DNA from: Patescibacteria group bacterium
GTDB lineage: Bacteria > Patescibacteriota > Minisyncoccia > Phycocordibacterales > UBA12079
Assembly: GCA_043800905.1 (NCBI GenBank)
Contig: JAZDMO010000007.1
Location: 1,627-65,626 of the forward strand
Reading direction: 5' to 3'
DNA: 64,000 nucleotides
Position numbers and translations under genes: made by a program. Within the stretch, counting starts at the first letter, position 1, and every line of letters begins with the position of its first letter. Below, piece after piece: positions 8,145-17,500 of the stretch. Under the pieces are notes generated by a model that did no database searches, was not told the origin of the DNA, and saw nothing but the letters and a program-made list of their open reading frames with translations.

Positions 8145-9320
8145 ATGTTGGAAAATTTTTTAAGTAAAATTACGTTGCCGTCTTTTTTGCAAAAGAAAAA
8201 TAAAAGTTTTCTGGGTATTGATATTGGAAGCTCGGCGATTAAAATTGTGCAATTAAAGAAAGAAAAGGGTACGGCTGTTTTAGAAACTTATGGTGAACTA
8301 GCTTTGGGACCCAAAGCTGGTTTAGAAGTGGGGAGAGCTACTAATCTATCAGATAAGGAAATCAGTGTCGCTTTGATGGATTTAATTCAAGAATCAAGAG
8401 TGAGTGTAACTGAAAGTGGGGCTTCTATTCCGGTGCGTTCTAGTTTAGTTTTTGATATGGAAATTCCTGATATGCCTTTTGAACAATTAAAAAAAATTGT
8501 TCCCATTGAAGCTCGTCGTTATATTCCAGTTCCTATTTCAGAAGTAATGTTGGATTGGAGAATTGTTCCTAAGGAAATAAAAGAAGAGGATGAAGAAGAT
8601 CCTGAAGACAAGAGATTGGCCGCTCAAAGACCTGCTGATAATTTTGTTGATACTGACCAACAAAAGATAATTGGAAAAACAAAAGTTTTTGTGGTGGCTA
8701 TTCATAAAAATGCTCTGGAAAAGTGTCAGGGAATTATAAAAAACGCTCAATTAAATTTAAATTTTTTAGAAATAGAAATTTTCAGTACCATTCGTTCTGC
8801 AGTAAACCATAATATTGGAACGGTGGCACTTTTAGATATAGGGGCGGGGGTAAGTAAAATGTATATTGTAGAATATGGGGTGATTAAAGATTCTCATATT
8901 ATTAATCGTGGCTCACAAGATATTTCTTTGGCGATTTCTCATGCTATTGGTGTGTCTGTAGATGAGGCTGAAGAAAAAAAGAGAAGTATTGGGCTTACAG
9001 GGCAAGACGGAGTGCAGAAGGAGGTTTCTGATATTATCTCGGCTAATCTTAAATACATTTTAACGGAAGCCAATAACGCCATTAAGCATTATCAAACAAT
9101 CAATAATAAGAATATTAGTGAATTGATTTTTACTGGGGGAGGTTCTGTTATAAAAGGTTTACCAGCTTTTGCTTCTTCTGTTTTAGAAATTAATTCTGAA
9201 ATCGCCAATCCTTTTAGTAAGGTTAAAACACCAGCTTTTTTGGATGACGTGCTAAAAGAAATTGGTCCGGAGTTTGCTGTGGCAGTAGGTTTGGCTTTAA
9301 GAGGTTTAGAAGATAATTAA
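8145..9320 (+). CDS. pilM: type IV pilus assembly protein PilM (actin-like ATPase fold)
   Basis: LGIDIGSSAIKIVQL start, ALLDIGAGVSKMYIV, and a C-terminal FAVAVGLALRG, typical of PilM. First gene of a pilM-N-O arrangement. Confidence 0.8.
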   Translation: MLENFLSKITLPSFLQKKNKSFLGIDIGSSAIKIVQLKKEKGTAVLETYGELALGPKAGLEVGRATNLSDKEISVALMDLIQESRVSVTESGASIPVRSSLVFDMEIPDMPFEQLKKIVPIEARRYIPVPISEVMLDWRIVPKEIKEEDEEDPEDKRLAAQRPADNFVDTDQQKIIGKTKVFVVAIHKNALEKCQGIIKNAQLNLNFLEIEIFSTIRSAVNHNIGTVALLDIGAGVSKMYIVEYGVIKDSHIINRGSQDISLAISHAIGVSVDEAEEKKRSIGLTGQDGVQKEVSDIISANLKYILTEANNAIKHYQTINNKNISELIFTGGGSVIKGLPAFASSVLEINSEIANPFSKVKTPAFLDDVLKEIGPEFAVAVGLALRGLEDN

Positions 9321-9425
9321 TTAAAAAAAATAAAAGAGATCTTGAATTTTATTTTATTATCTTTTTATTTTTTCTTTGTCCACACTTTTATTGTGTTGGA
9401 TCTTTTTTTTGTTATATAATATTAA

Positions 9426-9998
9426 TTGATGGATACTTCTTTTATTCCAAAAAAAGATTTCACTCGTAAAGAAAATAGTAAGAATTATATTGGTTTTGCT
9501 ACCATAGTTTCTATTGTTATTTTTATTGTCGCATTATTTGCTGCGGGAGGGGTTTACTTTTATAAACAGTTTTTAATGGGAGAAATTGAAAATAAATCTA
9601 TTACTTTGACTCAAGAAAAAGGCGGTTTAGATTTAAATGTAATTCAAGAACTTTCTCGTTTCGATGAACGAATAGAATCTGCTACTAAATTATTAAATTC
9701 TCACGTTTCTTTGATTCCTCTTTTTGAATTTTTAGAAGAGAATACTTTAAAAGGGGTTCGTTACGAGCGTTTTACTTTTTCGGTAGAAAAAGGAGGCTTA
9801 GCTCTTGATTTAAAAGGTGAGGCAAGTAGCTACGCAACCGTAGCTTTACAGTCAGAAATTTTTGGAAGTAATAAAAATATTATTGATCCTATTTTTTCTG
9901 ATTTAGGAGTAAGCCCTTCTGGTAATATTACTTTTTCTTTTTCTTCTAAATTAGATCCACGATTAATTTCTTATCGAGATAATTTAACTACTGAATAA
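9426..9998 (+). CDS. pilN: PilN-like bitopic pilus alignment protein
   Basis: Position directly after pilM. A single TM helix near the N-terminus (FATIVSIVIFIVALFAAGGVYFY) followed by a periplasmic domain. No strong sequence signature. Confidence 0.5.
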   Translation: MMDTSFIPKKDFTRKENSKNYIGFATIVSIVIFIVALFAAGGVYFYKQFLMGEIENKSITLTQEKGGLDLNVIQELSRFDERIESATKLLNSHVSLIPLFEFLEENTLKGVRYERFTFSVEKGGLALDLKGEASSYATVALQSEIFGSNKNIIDPIFSDLGVSPSGNITFSFSSKLDPRLISYRDNLTTE

Positions 9999-9999
9999 T

Positions 10000-10536
10000 A
10001 TGTTTAAATTTGCATTACCAATTATATTAATAATAACTTCTGGGGGATTGTTTTTTTCCTATGTTGATCCTAATTATCAAGAAATCCAATCTTTAGAAGA
10101 TTTAAATGGGCAGTATGATGAAGCCTTAAATAAGTCTAAGGAATTACGAGATGTTCGTGATTCTTTGCTTTCTAAATTTACTGCTTTTAAAGTGGAAGAA
10201 ACTGAAAAATTAGAAAAATTATTACCAGATCATTTTGACAACATTAGATTAATTATGGATATTGATGCTATTGCTTCGAAATATAATGTTTTAATAAGAA
10301 AGGTTGACGTATCCAATGCAGGTTCGACTGAGAGTGGTTTAGGAAAAAATACTGATAGTTATAATTCTCTTAGTTTAGATTTTACCATTGAAGCTACCTA
10401 TGATAATTTCCAAAGATTTTTGGATGATTTAACTAATAGTCTTAGAATGGTGGATGTGACAAATCTTTCTTTTCAAGCTTCAAGTTTAAATTTATTTAGA
10501 TACAGTTTAAGTCTTAAAACATATTGGTTAAAATAA
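10000..10536 (+). CDS. pilO: PilO-like bitopic pilus alignment protein
   Basis: Abuts pilN with a 1-bp gap. N-terminal TM helix plus a coiled-coil-like segment, consistent with PilO. Confidence 0.5.
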   Translation: MFKFALPIILIITSGGLFFSYVDPNYQEIQSLEDLNGQYDEALNKSKELRDVRDSLLSKFTAFKVEETEKLEKLLPDHFDNIRLIMDIDAIASKYNVLIRKVDVSNAGSTESGLGKNTDSYNSLSLDFTIEATYDNFQRFLDDLTNSLRMVDVTNLSFQASSLNLFRYSLSLKTYWLK

Positions 10537-10542
10537 AAATTT

Positions 10543-10902
10543 ATGGAAAAAGTAAAAAATAAAAAAACAAATATATTTTCTTTGCTAGGTATTATGGCGG
10601 TTTTGTTTTTTGCTTATCTTTTTATGGCTTCGGCAGCGACTGGTGGTTCTCAATTAGTATCTTTGGGGGCTAAAAATACCAGTGGGGATGTGGGGAGAGA
10701 GACTCTTGAAACTTTATTAAAACTTAAATCTTTGAGATTGGATGGAACCATTTTTGAAGATCAGGTTTTTCTTTCTCTAAAAGATTTTAGCGTTGAATTA
10801 AAAGAACAGCCAAAGGGAAGAAATAATCCTTTTGCTGTTTTGGGAGATGATACTGATTATATTGTTTCGGACGAAGTGTCGGCGGATGAAGAATCAAACT
10901 AG
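10543..10902 (+). CDS. hypothetical small membrane protein with acidic C-terminus, in the pilus operon
   Basis: 119 aa, one TM helix (LLGIMAVLFFAYLFMA). Sits between pilO and pilB. Confidence 0.3.
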   Translation: MEKVKNKKTNIFSLLGIMAVLFFAYLFMASAATGGSQLVSLGAKNTSGDVGRETLETLLKLKSLRLDGTIFEDQVFLSLKDFSVELKEQPKGRNNPFAVLGDDTDYIVSDEVSADEESN

Positions 10903-10917
10903 CAGAAGATTACAATT

Positions 10918-12639
10918 ATGGGTTTTACAGATATTTTAATAAAGAAAAATATCATTTCTGCTTCTCAGCTAGCAGAGTTTCAAAAAGAAGTTGACTCCTC
11001 TAAAGATTTAGAGGAAGTTTTGGTTGAAAAAAATATTTCTCGTGAAGAAATAAATAAAGCCAAAGAAGAATATTATAATCTTCCCGTTAAAGATTTAAAT
11101 GTTGATAATTTTAATTATAAGGCTTTAAAATATGTTCCAGAAAAATCCGCGGTTCATTATGAATTTATTCCTTTGGGAGTTAAGGATGGTTTTTTAGAGG
11201 TGGGTATTGTTGATCCATCTAATATTGAAGCGAGAGATGCCATTGAATTTATTTCCTCAAAAGTTAAATTGCCTTTTAAACTTTTTTTGATTTCCAAGGC
11301 TAATTTTAGAATTGCTTTAGATGGCTATAAAGGTTTGCGAGGAGAAGTTTCTCAAGCTTTAACAGAACTAGAGTTGGAACTTAACGAAGAAGAAGAAAAG
11401 ATTAGTAACGCTGTTTCTAAAATAAAAAAAGGACATTCTGATTATGATGCTACGATTACTGAAGACGCACCAGTAACTAAGATTGTGGCAACTATTTTGA
11501 GATATGCTTCTGAGGGAGAAGCTTCTGATGTTCATATTGAACCTTCGGCAGAAAAAGTTCGAGTACGTTTTCGTGTTGATGGAATTTTGGATACTCATCT
11601 AGTTTTACCAACCAAAGTTCATGGGGCGGTGGTAGCTAGAATAAAAATTTTATCTCAGATGCGTTTGGATGAAAAAAGAAAACCGCAAGATGGAAGATTT
11701 TCTGCCAAAATAGATAGTCATAAAGTTGATTTTCGTGTTTCTACTTTTCCTACTTACTATGGAGAAAAAGTAGTTATGCGTCTTCTTGAAGCGGATAAAG
11801 GAGCAGGGCGATTGGAAGAAACTGGTTTGAGTGATAGTCATTTGAAAATTATTAAAAGATGTATTCAAAGACCGCATGGTTTAATTTTAATTTCTGGTCC
11901 GACTGGTTCAGGAAAAAGTACCACTTTATATTCTATTTTGAGTGAAATTGATCGTTTAAGTAAAAATGTGTTATCTCTGGAAGATCCTGTTGAAAGAAAT
12001 GTTGAAGGGGTTAGTCAGTCACAGGTGCGAGCTGAGATTGGTTACACTTTTGCTAGTGGATTAAGAACTATTTTGCGACAAGACCCAGATGTTATCATGG
12101 TGGGAGAGATTCGAGATAAGGAAACAGCTGGTTTGGCTATTCAAGCTGCCTTAACTGGTCACTTAGTTTTTTCGACCATTCACACCAATGACGCAGTGGG
12201 GGTAATTCCTCGTTTAATTGAAATGGATGTGGATCCTTATTTGATTGCCCCAACTCTTATTTTAGCTATGGCACAAAGACTAACTCGTCGTTTGTCTGAA
12301 GGCTCTGGCAAACCTTTACCAATAGAGGGGAGTATTAAGATGATGATAGATAAGGCTTTTGAAAGTTTGCCTCAAGAATTTAGAAAAGATATTGTTTTTC
12401 CAGAAAATGTTTATGAAGCTAGTCCGACTAAAGATAACCCTACTGGATTAAAGGGGAGAATTGGTGTTTATGAGTTGATTGAAATGGATAGAGATATTGA
12501 AGAAACTATTTTAAAAAACCCAGACAGTATGGATTTGGAAACTTTAGTTCGTCAGAAAGGAATGATTACCATGAAACAAGATGCTTTGATTAAGGCTTTT
12601 AATAAAATTATCCCTTTTGAAGAAGCTAATAAACTTTAA
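10918..12639 (+). CDS. pilB: type IV pilus assembly ATPase PilB (GspE family)
   Basis: Walker A GPTGSGKSTTLYS, Asp box, His box TIHTNDAVG. The N-terminal GSPII-like domain is typical of PilB. Confidence 0.85.
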   Translation: MGFTDILIKKNIISASQLAEFQKEVDSSKDLEEVLVEKNISREEINKAKEEYYNLPVKDLNVDNFNYKALKYVPEKSAVHYEFIPLGVKDGFLEVGIVDPSNIEARDAIEFISSKVKLPFKLFLISKANFRIALDGYKGLRGEVSQALTELELELNEEEEKISNAVSKIKKGHSDYDATITEDAPVTKIVATILRYASEGEASDVHIEPSAEKVRVRFRVDGILDTHLVLPTKVHGAVVARIKILSQMRLDEKRKPQDGRFSAKIDSHKVDFRVSTFPTYYGEKVVMRLLEADKGAGRLEETGLSDSHLKIIKRCIQRPHGLILISGPTGSGKSTTLYSILSEIDRLSKNVLSLEDPVERNVEGVSQSQVRAEIGYTFASGLRTILRQDPDVIMVGEIRDKETAGLAIQAALTGHLVFSTIHTNDAVGVIPRLIEMDVDPYLIAPTLILAMAQRLTRRLSEGSGKPLPIEGSIKMMIDKAFESLPQEFRKDIVFPENVYEASPTKDNPTGLKGRIGVYELIEMDRDIEETILKNPDSMDLETLVRQKGMITMKQDALIKAFNKIIPFEEANKL

Positions 12640-12679
12640 AAATTTAGGGATCGTTTAATAAATTATGTTTCTTTTTGTG

Positions 12680-12712
12680 AAGGATTTTGCAGAGCAAAAT
12701 CCTTCCGTTTGT
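12680..12712 (+). terminator. intrinsic terminator after pilB
   Basis: Hairpin gaaggattttgc-agag-caaaatccttc followed by a T-run. Confidence 0.5.
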
Positions 12713-12754
12713 TTTATTTATTATTACTAGATTACGAAGTAATTTAGTATTCAT

Positions 12755-12843
12755 CGTCTGTCTGTTCGTCATTACGAGGAAAAAATTAAGGTTCAAAAGT
12801 TTTAAAACTTTTGAACCTTAATTTTTGACGTGGTAATCCAGAA
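12755..12843. repeat. copy of an approx. 90-bp hairpin repeat (cgtcattacgagg..aaggttcaaaagttttaaaacttttgaacctt..gacgtggtaatccag)
   Basis: Near-identical to 19029-19132. The internal hairpin differs from that copy by compensatory changes (ggttc/gaacc here, gcctc/gaggc there). Confidence 0.6.
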
Positions 12844-12859
12844 TTATATATTAAGACTT

Positions 12860-13340
12860 AATGAAAAATTAATCAGGCTGTTTTATAAAATTCTTTCTGG
12901 ATTGCTTCGTCACTCCACTGCGTTCCGTTCCTCGCAATGACGGACGACGAAAAGCAAAACGTCTCTGCGAGATCAGATTTTTTAATAAAAATCTGATCGT
13001 GGCAGTCCAGACTTGTGAAATCACGAAGTGATTTAATTAAAAAACTAAAACCTCACTCGCAAAGACGAAAAACAAAGTTTTTCGTTACGTTTTGCGTTAA
13101 GCAAAACGTCTCTGCGAGGCACGAAGCAGTCCAGTAATAAAGTGTTTTTAGGAGGAGTGAAATAATATGATACTTGTCCGCCTTGCCTGCCCCTGCACGC
13201 CGGCAGGCGGGGGTAGACAGGTTGCTTCGTAAACTCGCAATGATGAATGACGAGATGCTGGGTTGATTTATAGACTTGTAATGATAAGTGAATGGATTTT
13301 TTAAAGTAAGATCCCCCTTCCTAAATTTATTCGCCGTGGC
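12860..13340. mobile_element. composite cluster of nested GC-rich MITE-like modules filling the pilB-pilT intergenic region
   Basis: No ORF. Contains atcaggctg..ctggattgcttcg (an inverted copy of the terminus seen at 16090-16129), cctcgcaatgacg, gtctctgcgag twice, cagtccag, and ccttgcctgcccctgcacgccggcaggcggg (an inverted copy of the 58556/63797 module). Modules recur at 15894, 19029, 25482, 31203, 58337 and 63775. Confidence 0.55.
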
Positions 13341-13461
13341 GGGTGGTGGTGAATTTGCGGGTTTTCCCCAGCAAGAGAATATATTTCTTTTCTGTTTTCT
13401 TGTATAATTATAATTAAGATTTGGGTTTTAAAAAATCCAATAGCTCAATAAATTAAATTTT

Positions 13462-14520
13462 ATGGAAAATAAAACTTTATTAAATGAATTAGTCGCTGAT
13501 GTCATCAAAGAAAATGCTTCTGATATTCACTTATCTGTAAATCAAAACCCGTCTATTCGAATTCATGGGGCTCTTTTTGAACTTAAAAAATATCCCGTGG
13601 TCACTGAAGAAAATTTAATTGGAATTATTGATGAAATTTTAACTCCGTCGTTTAAAGAAAGGTTTTTAAAAGAAAAAGAAATTGATTTTTCTTATGAAAT
13701 TGCCGAAGCACGATTTAGAGGAAGTTGTTTTTTTAGCCAGAAATCTATTTGTATTAGTCTGCGATTAATTCCCAAGGTGGTGGGGACTTTGGATGAACTT
13801 AATTTGCCCCCATCTTTACTTAATTTTACAAGAAAGGAACAAGGATTTTTTTTAGTGGTTGGTCCTATGGGTCATGGTAAATCCACAACCTTAGCATCTA
13901 TGATTGATTCTATAAATAAAGAAAGAACTGAACATATTGTGACCATTGAAGACCCTGTGGAATATGTTTATCTTAAAGATAAATCTCTTATTGATCAGAG
14001 AGAGGTGGGGGTTGATACTAAAGATTTTCCTACCGCTTTGAAATCAGCTTTTAGACAGGATGCTGATGTTATTATGATTGGTGAGATGCGAGGTTTGGAA
14101 ACTATTTCAACGGCTGTCACGGCTGCAGAAACAGGACATTTGGTTTTTTCAACTTTACATACCAATAACGCAGCTCAAACCGTTGATAGGATTATTGATG
14201 CTTTTCCTGCTAATCAACAGGATCAAATTAGAGTGCAGTTAGCAGGGTCGCTTTTGGGAATTTTTTCTCAAAGATTAATTCCTAGAATTTCTGGAGGAGT
14301 AATTCCAGCCTATGAACTACTAATTAATAATAACGCTATTTCTAATTTGATTCGTGAAGGTCGTTCTTTTGAAATTCAAAATGTTATTGAAACTTCTTCT
14401 AATGAAGGTATGGTAAGTTTAAATAGGTCTTTAGCTGAATTGGTTCGCTTAGGTGAGGTTACTATGGAGAATGCTAGAAAATATTCAACTACTGAAGGTG
14501 ATTTGGATAAATTGTTTTAG
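13462..14520 (+). CDS. pilT: twitching-motility/retraction ATPase PilT
   Basis: Walker A GPMGHGKSTTLAS, His box TLHTNNAAQT. Its 352-aa size is typical of PilT, shorter than PilB. Confidence 0.85.
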   Translation: MENKTLLNELVADVIKENASDIHLSVNQNPSIRIHGALFELKKYPVVTEENLIGIIDEILTPSFKERFLKEKEIDFSYEIAEARFRGSCFFSQKSICISLRLIPKVVGTLDELNLPPSLLNFTRKEQGFFLVVGPMGHGKSTTLASMIDSINKERTEHIVTIEDPVEYVYLKDKSLIDQREVGVDTKDFPTALKSAFRQDADVIMIGEMRGLETISTAVTAAETGHLVFSTLHTNNAAQTVDRIIDAFPANQQDQIRVQLAGSLLGIFSQRLIPRISGGVIPAYELLINNNAISNLIREGRSFEIQNVIETSSNEGMVSLNRSLAELVRLGEVTMENARKYSTTEGDLDKLF

Positions 14521-14532
14521 GAAAAAATAATT

Positions 14533-15738
14533 ATGTTATTTAAATATAAAGTTGTTGATAATAAAGGAATAGAAAAAGAAGGAAGTATTGAAGCTACCAG
14601 CGAGGAGGTGGCTATTGCTTCTTTGCAAGATCGAGCCTATGTTATTACTTATATTGCTCCAGTTAAGAATACAAACTTTTTAAATTTTGAATTCACTTTT
14701 TTTCAAAAAGTTTCTAATAAGGATGTTGTTATGTTGTCTAAACAAATGGCAACTTTGTTTGGAGCGCAAGTTTCCGCTTTGAGAATTTTTAGACTATTGG
14801 GAGATGAATCAGAAAACCCAATGTTAAAAAGGGTTTTGAAAAAAGTGGCGGATGATATTCAAGGAGGTAATCCGATTTCTCTGGCTTTATCTAAACACCC
14901 AAAGGTTTTTTCTGAATTTTACGTCAATATGGTTAAGTCGGGTGAGGAAGCGGGAACTTTAAACGATACTTTTGCTTATTTAGCAGAGCATCTTGATAGA
15001 AATTATGACTTGGTTTCAAAAGTAAAAAATGCTTTGATTTATCCTATTTTCGTGGTGATTGTTTTTTTTGTGGTTATGGTTTTGATGTTAACTATGGTTA
15101 TTCCTAAAATTAGCTTGATTTTGTTAGACGCTGGACAGGATTTACCTTTTCTTACTAGGGTAGTTATCGGAATTAGTAATTTTTTTGTTAATTACGGTAT
15201 TTTTTTGTTAGTGGCAGTTATCGTTGGTATTTTTATGTTTATTCGTTTTTCCAGAACTCAAGCGGGGAAAATGTCCATCGGTCGTTTTTCTCTAGCCGTT
15301 CCTTATATAGGAGACTTGTATAAAAAAATGTATTTAGCAAGAATTGCTGGAAATATGCAAACCATGTTGGCGAGCGGGGTTTCTATTGTTAAAGCTGTAG
15401 AAACCACGGCTGATGTAGTCGATAGTGTTATTTATCGTGAAATTTTGGAAAAAGCTGCTCAATCAATTAAAACAGGAATTTCTGTTTCTGGAGCTTTGAG
15501 TGGTTATGATGAGGTTCCTAATATCATGGTGCAAATGATTAAGATTGGAGAGGAAACAGGAGAATTAAGTAATATTTTAAGTACTCTTTCTCGTTTCTAT
15601 GAAAGAGAAGTTAACGGAGCGGTTGATATGTTAGTTGGAATGATTGAACCAGCGATGATTGTTTTTCTTGGCTTGGGAGTAGGGGGATTGATGGCAGCAG
15701 TGTTGATGCCAATTTACAATATCTCTTCAGCGATTTAA
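14533..15738 (+). CDS. pilC: type IV pilus inner-membrane platform protein PilC (GspF family)
   Basis: Two GspF-like repeats with TM segments. Approx. 400 aa, directly downstream of pilT. Confidence 0.8.
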   Translation: MLFKYKVVDNKGIEKEGSIEATSEEVAIASLQDRAYVITYIAPVKNTNFLNFEFTFFQKVSNKDVVMLSKQMATLFGAQVSALRIFRLLGDESENPMLKRVLKKVADDIQGGNPISLALSKHPKVFSEFYVNMVKSGEEAGTLNDTFAYLAEHLDRNYDLVSKVKNALIYPIFVVIVFFVVMVLMLTMVIPKISLILLDAGQDLPFLTRVVIGISNFFVNYGIFLLVAVIVGIFMFIRFSRTQAGKMSIGRFSLAVPYIGDLYKKMYLARIAGNMQTMLASGVSIVKAVETTADVVDSVIYREILEKAAQSIKTGISVSGALSGYDEVPNIMVQMIKIGEETGELSNILSTLSRFYEREVNGAVDMLVGMIEPAMIVFLGLGVGGLMAAVLMPIYNISSAI

Positions 15739-15800
15739 ACAGTTTTCAACTTTCAATTATCAGTTTTCATTAAATTTTCAATTGATAAATTATCAGTGAC

Positions 15801-16429
15801 ATGACCTATAATTTAGAGGAAAGAACCGCTAAATACTCTGAAAATGTTATTTCTTTGATTAAAAGTGTCAAAATAAGGCTTAATGAAAAAAATATCAGGC
15901 TGAAAATGATAAACTAGCTAGTCTTAATATTATTTAAAATGATTTTTAATTAAAAACTTAAATATTTAAATTATAAAGAATTTAATTGTTTTAAAAATTT
16001 CTAGACTGCTTCGCAAGCTCGCAGAGACGAATGATTTCATCGTCCATTCGTTATTGCGAGGAATAAGATGCAGAGAAACAGAATCTTATGACGAAGCAAT
16101 CCAGAAAGAATTTCATAAAATAGCCTGATTAATTTACTATTAAGCTCAAAATAACATTGTTAAACAAAAACATAGTTGAACAATTATCAAAATCAGCCAC
16201 AAGTATCGGGGTTAACTATCATGAAACGAATAACGCTAGTTCTAAGAAAGATTTTATAAATAAGATTTATTTTTGTAAAAAAGAGGCTAACGAAACAAGA
16301 TATTGGTTAGATTTATTAAATAAAAATGAAATAAAGTTTACAGAAGATATTGGTTTATTGAAAAAAGAGAATCAAGAACTAGTCATGATTTTCCAGAAAA
16401 TAATCAATACTTCAAACAACAAACATTGA
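15801..16429 (+). pseudogene. four-helix-bundle protein (23S-rRNA-IVS-protein family) gene, split into an N-fragment (15801-15920) and a C-fragment (16157-16429) by an inserted repeat element
   Basis: The N-fragment translation MTYNLEERTAKYSENVISLIKSVKIRLNEKNI... matches the family N-terminus and ends at a stop inside the inserted element. The C-fragment QLSKSATSIGVNYHETNNASSKKDFINKIYFCKKEANETRYWLDLL matches the family C-terminal half. Confidence 0.5.
15894..16129. mobile_element. 236-bp MITE-like element with 8-bp terminal inverted repeats (atcaggct/agcctgat), inserted into the four-helix-bundle gene
   Basis: Termini atcaggct (15894) and agcctgat (16122). Inside are ctcgcagagacg, cgttattgcgagg and gacgaagcaatccag modules. 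The same terminus plus adjoining approx. 35 bp occurs inverted at 12872-12906. Confidence 0.5.
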
Positions 16430-16574
16430 AAATTGAGAATTGTAAACTGAAAATTGTTTTGATTTATCCCCAGAAAGACTTTCTTTTCTTTGCTTTTTGG
16501 GAGTATAATCAAATAAACGCAAATTATATTTGTTATTAATTATTAGTTATTAATTTAATATTATTAAAAATAAT

Positions 16575-17069
16575 ATGAAGAAATTTATGAAAAAGGATAC
16601 AAAAGGTTTTTCTCTTATCGAACTTTTGATTGTGGTTGCGATCATGGGAATTCTATCCGCCGTTGTTTTAAGTTCTTTGGGAACTGCTCGACAAAAAGCG
16701 AGAGATGCTAGAAGAATTTCAGACGTAAAGGATGCCGCTAAGATTTTAGTTATTGCTTCTGATGTGGGAGGAATAAATATTTCAGGTTGTACCACCGCTA
16801 ACGTAGCTTTGAATACTTGTGGAGATGGAACTGATCAATTTATGGATTTAAGAAGTTATTCTGACCCATCAACAGCAACAGCTGTTTGTAGCGGTACAAC
16901 AACTGAAGGTCCTTGTGAATATGGTATTGCAAATATAGATGGAGACGCAAGAGCAACTACAGAAGATTACCAAATTTGTTTTTATCTTGAATATGGAGCA
17001 GGAGATCTTTCTTCTGGTTTAAATTCAGTTGTGGGTCCAATTGGAAACTTGGTAGCTGGTTGTAATTAA
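16575..17069 (+). CDS. type IV (major) pilin, paralog A
   Basis: Class III signal KKDTKG|FSLIELLIVVAIMGILSAVV with Glu at +5. Cys-rich C-terminal domain. The 5' flank and both ends are nearly identical to the gene at 18408. Confidence 0.75.
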   Translation: MKKFMKKDTKGFSLIELLIVVAIMGILSAVVLSSLGTARQKARDARRISDVKDAAKILVIASDVGGINISGCTTANVALNTCGDGTDQFMDLRSYSDPSTATAVCSGTTTEGPCEYGIANIDGDARATTEDYQICFYLEYGAGDLSSGLNSVVGPIGNLVAGCN

Positions 17070-17077
17070 TCTAAATT

Positions 17078-17500
17078 TTGATGATGTTTAATAAACAAAA
17101 TCAAATTGAAAAAGTAGAAACTCTGGGATGTTTAAAAACATCTCGGGGTTTTTCTTTGGTGGAATTGTTAGTATCTATTGCGATCATTGGTATTTTATCT
17201 TCCATTGTTTTAGTTTCTTTAGGAAGTGCTAGAGAAAAGGCCCGTTTAAGTAGAGTTCAAAGTCAAATGACCGCCTTACATCCTCATTTAATAATGTGTA
17301 TTAATGATGGAGTTTCTGTTGACTTTTCTTCTTCTGCTCCTACAGTTGGGGCATCTTTATGTTCTAGTACTAATGTTAATTTTCCAGAATTACCAGCGGG
17401 ATGGTCTTATGTTGTTAGTCCGGTTGGAAGTTATAGGGCTTCAGGAGAAGGGTATCAGGTTAATTGTACAGAAACTGGTTGTGTAACAACTACCCCTTAA
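17078..17500 (+). CDS. type IV pilin-like protein
   Basis: The prepilin motif SRG|FSLVELLVSIAIIGILSSIVLVSL lies after an approx. 20-aa leader. 140 aa. Confidence 0.6.
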   Translation: MMMFNKQNQIEKVETLGCLKTSRGFSLVELLVSIAIIGILSSIVLVSLGSAREKARLSRVQSQMTALHPHLIMCINDGVSVDFSSSAPTVGASLCSSTNVNFPELPAGWSYVVSPVGSYRASGEGYQVNCTETGCVTTTP

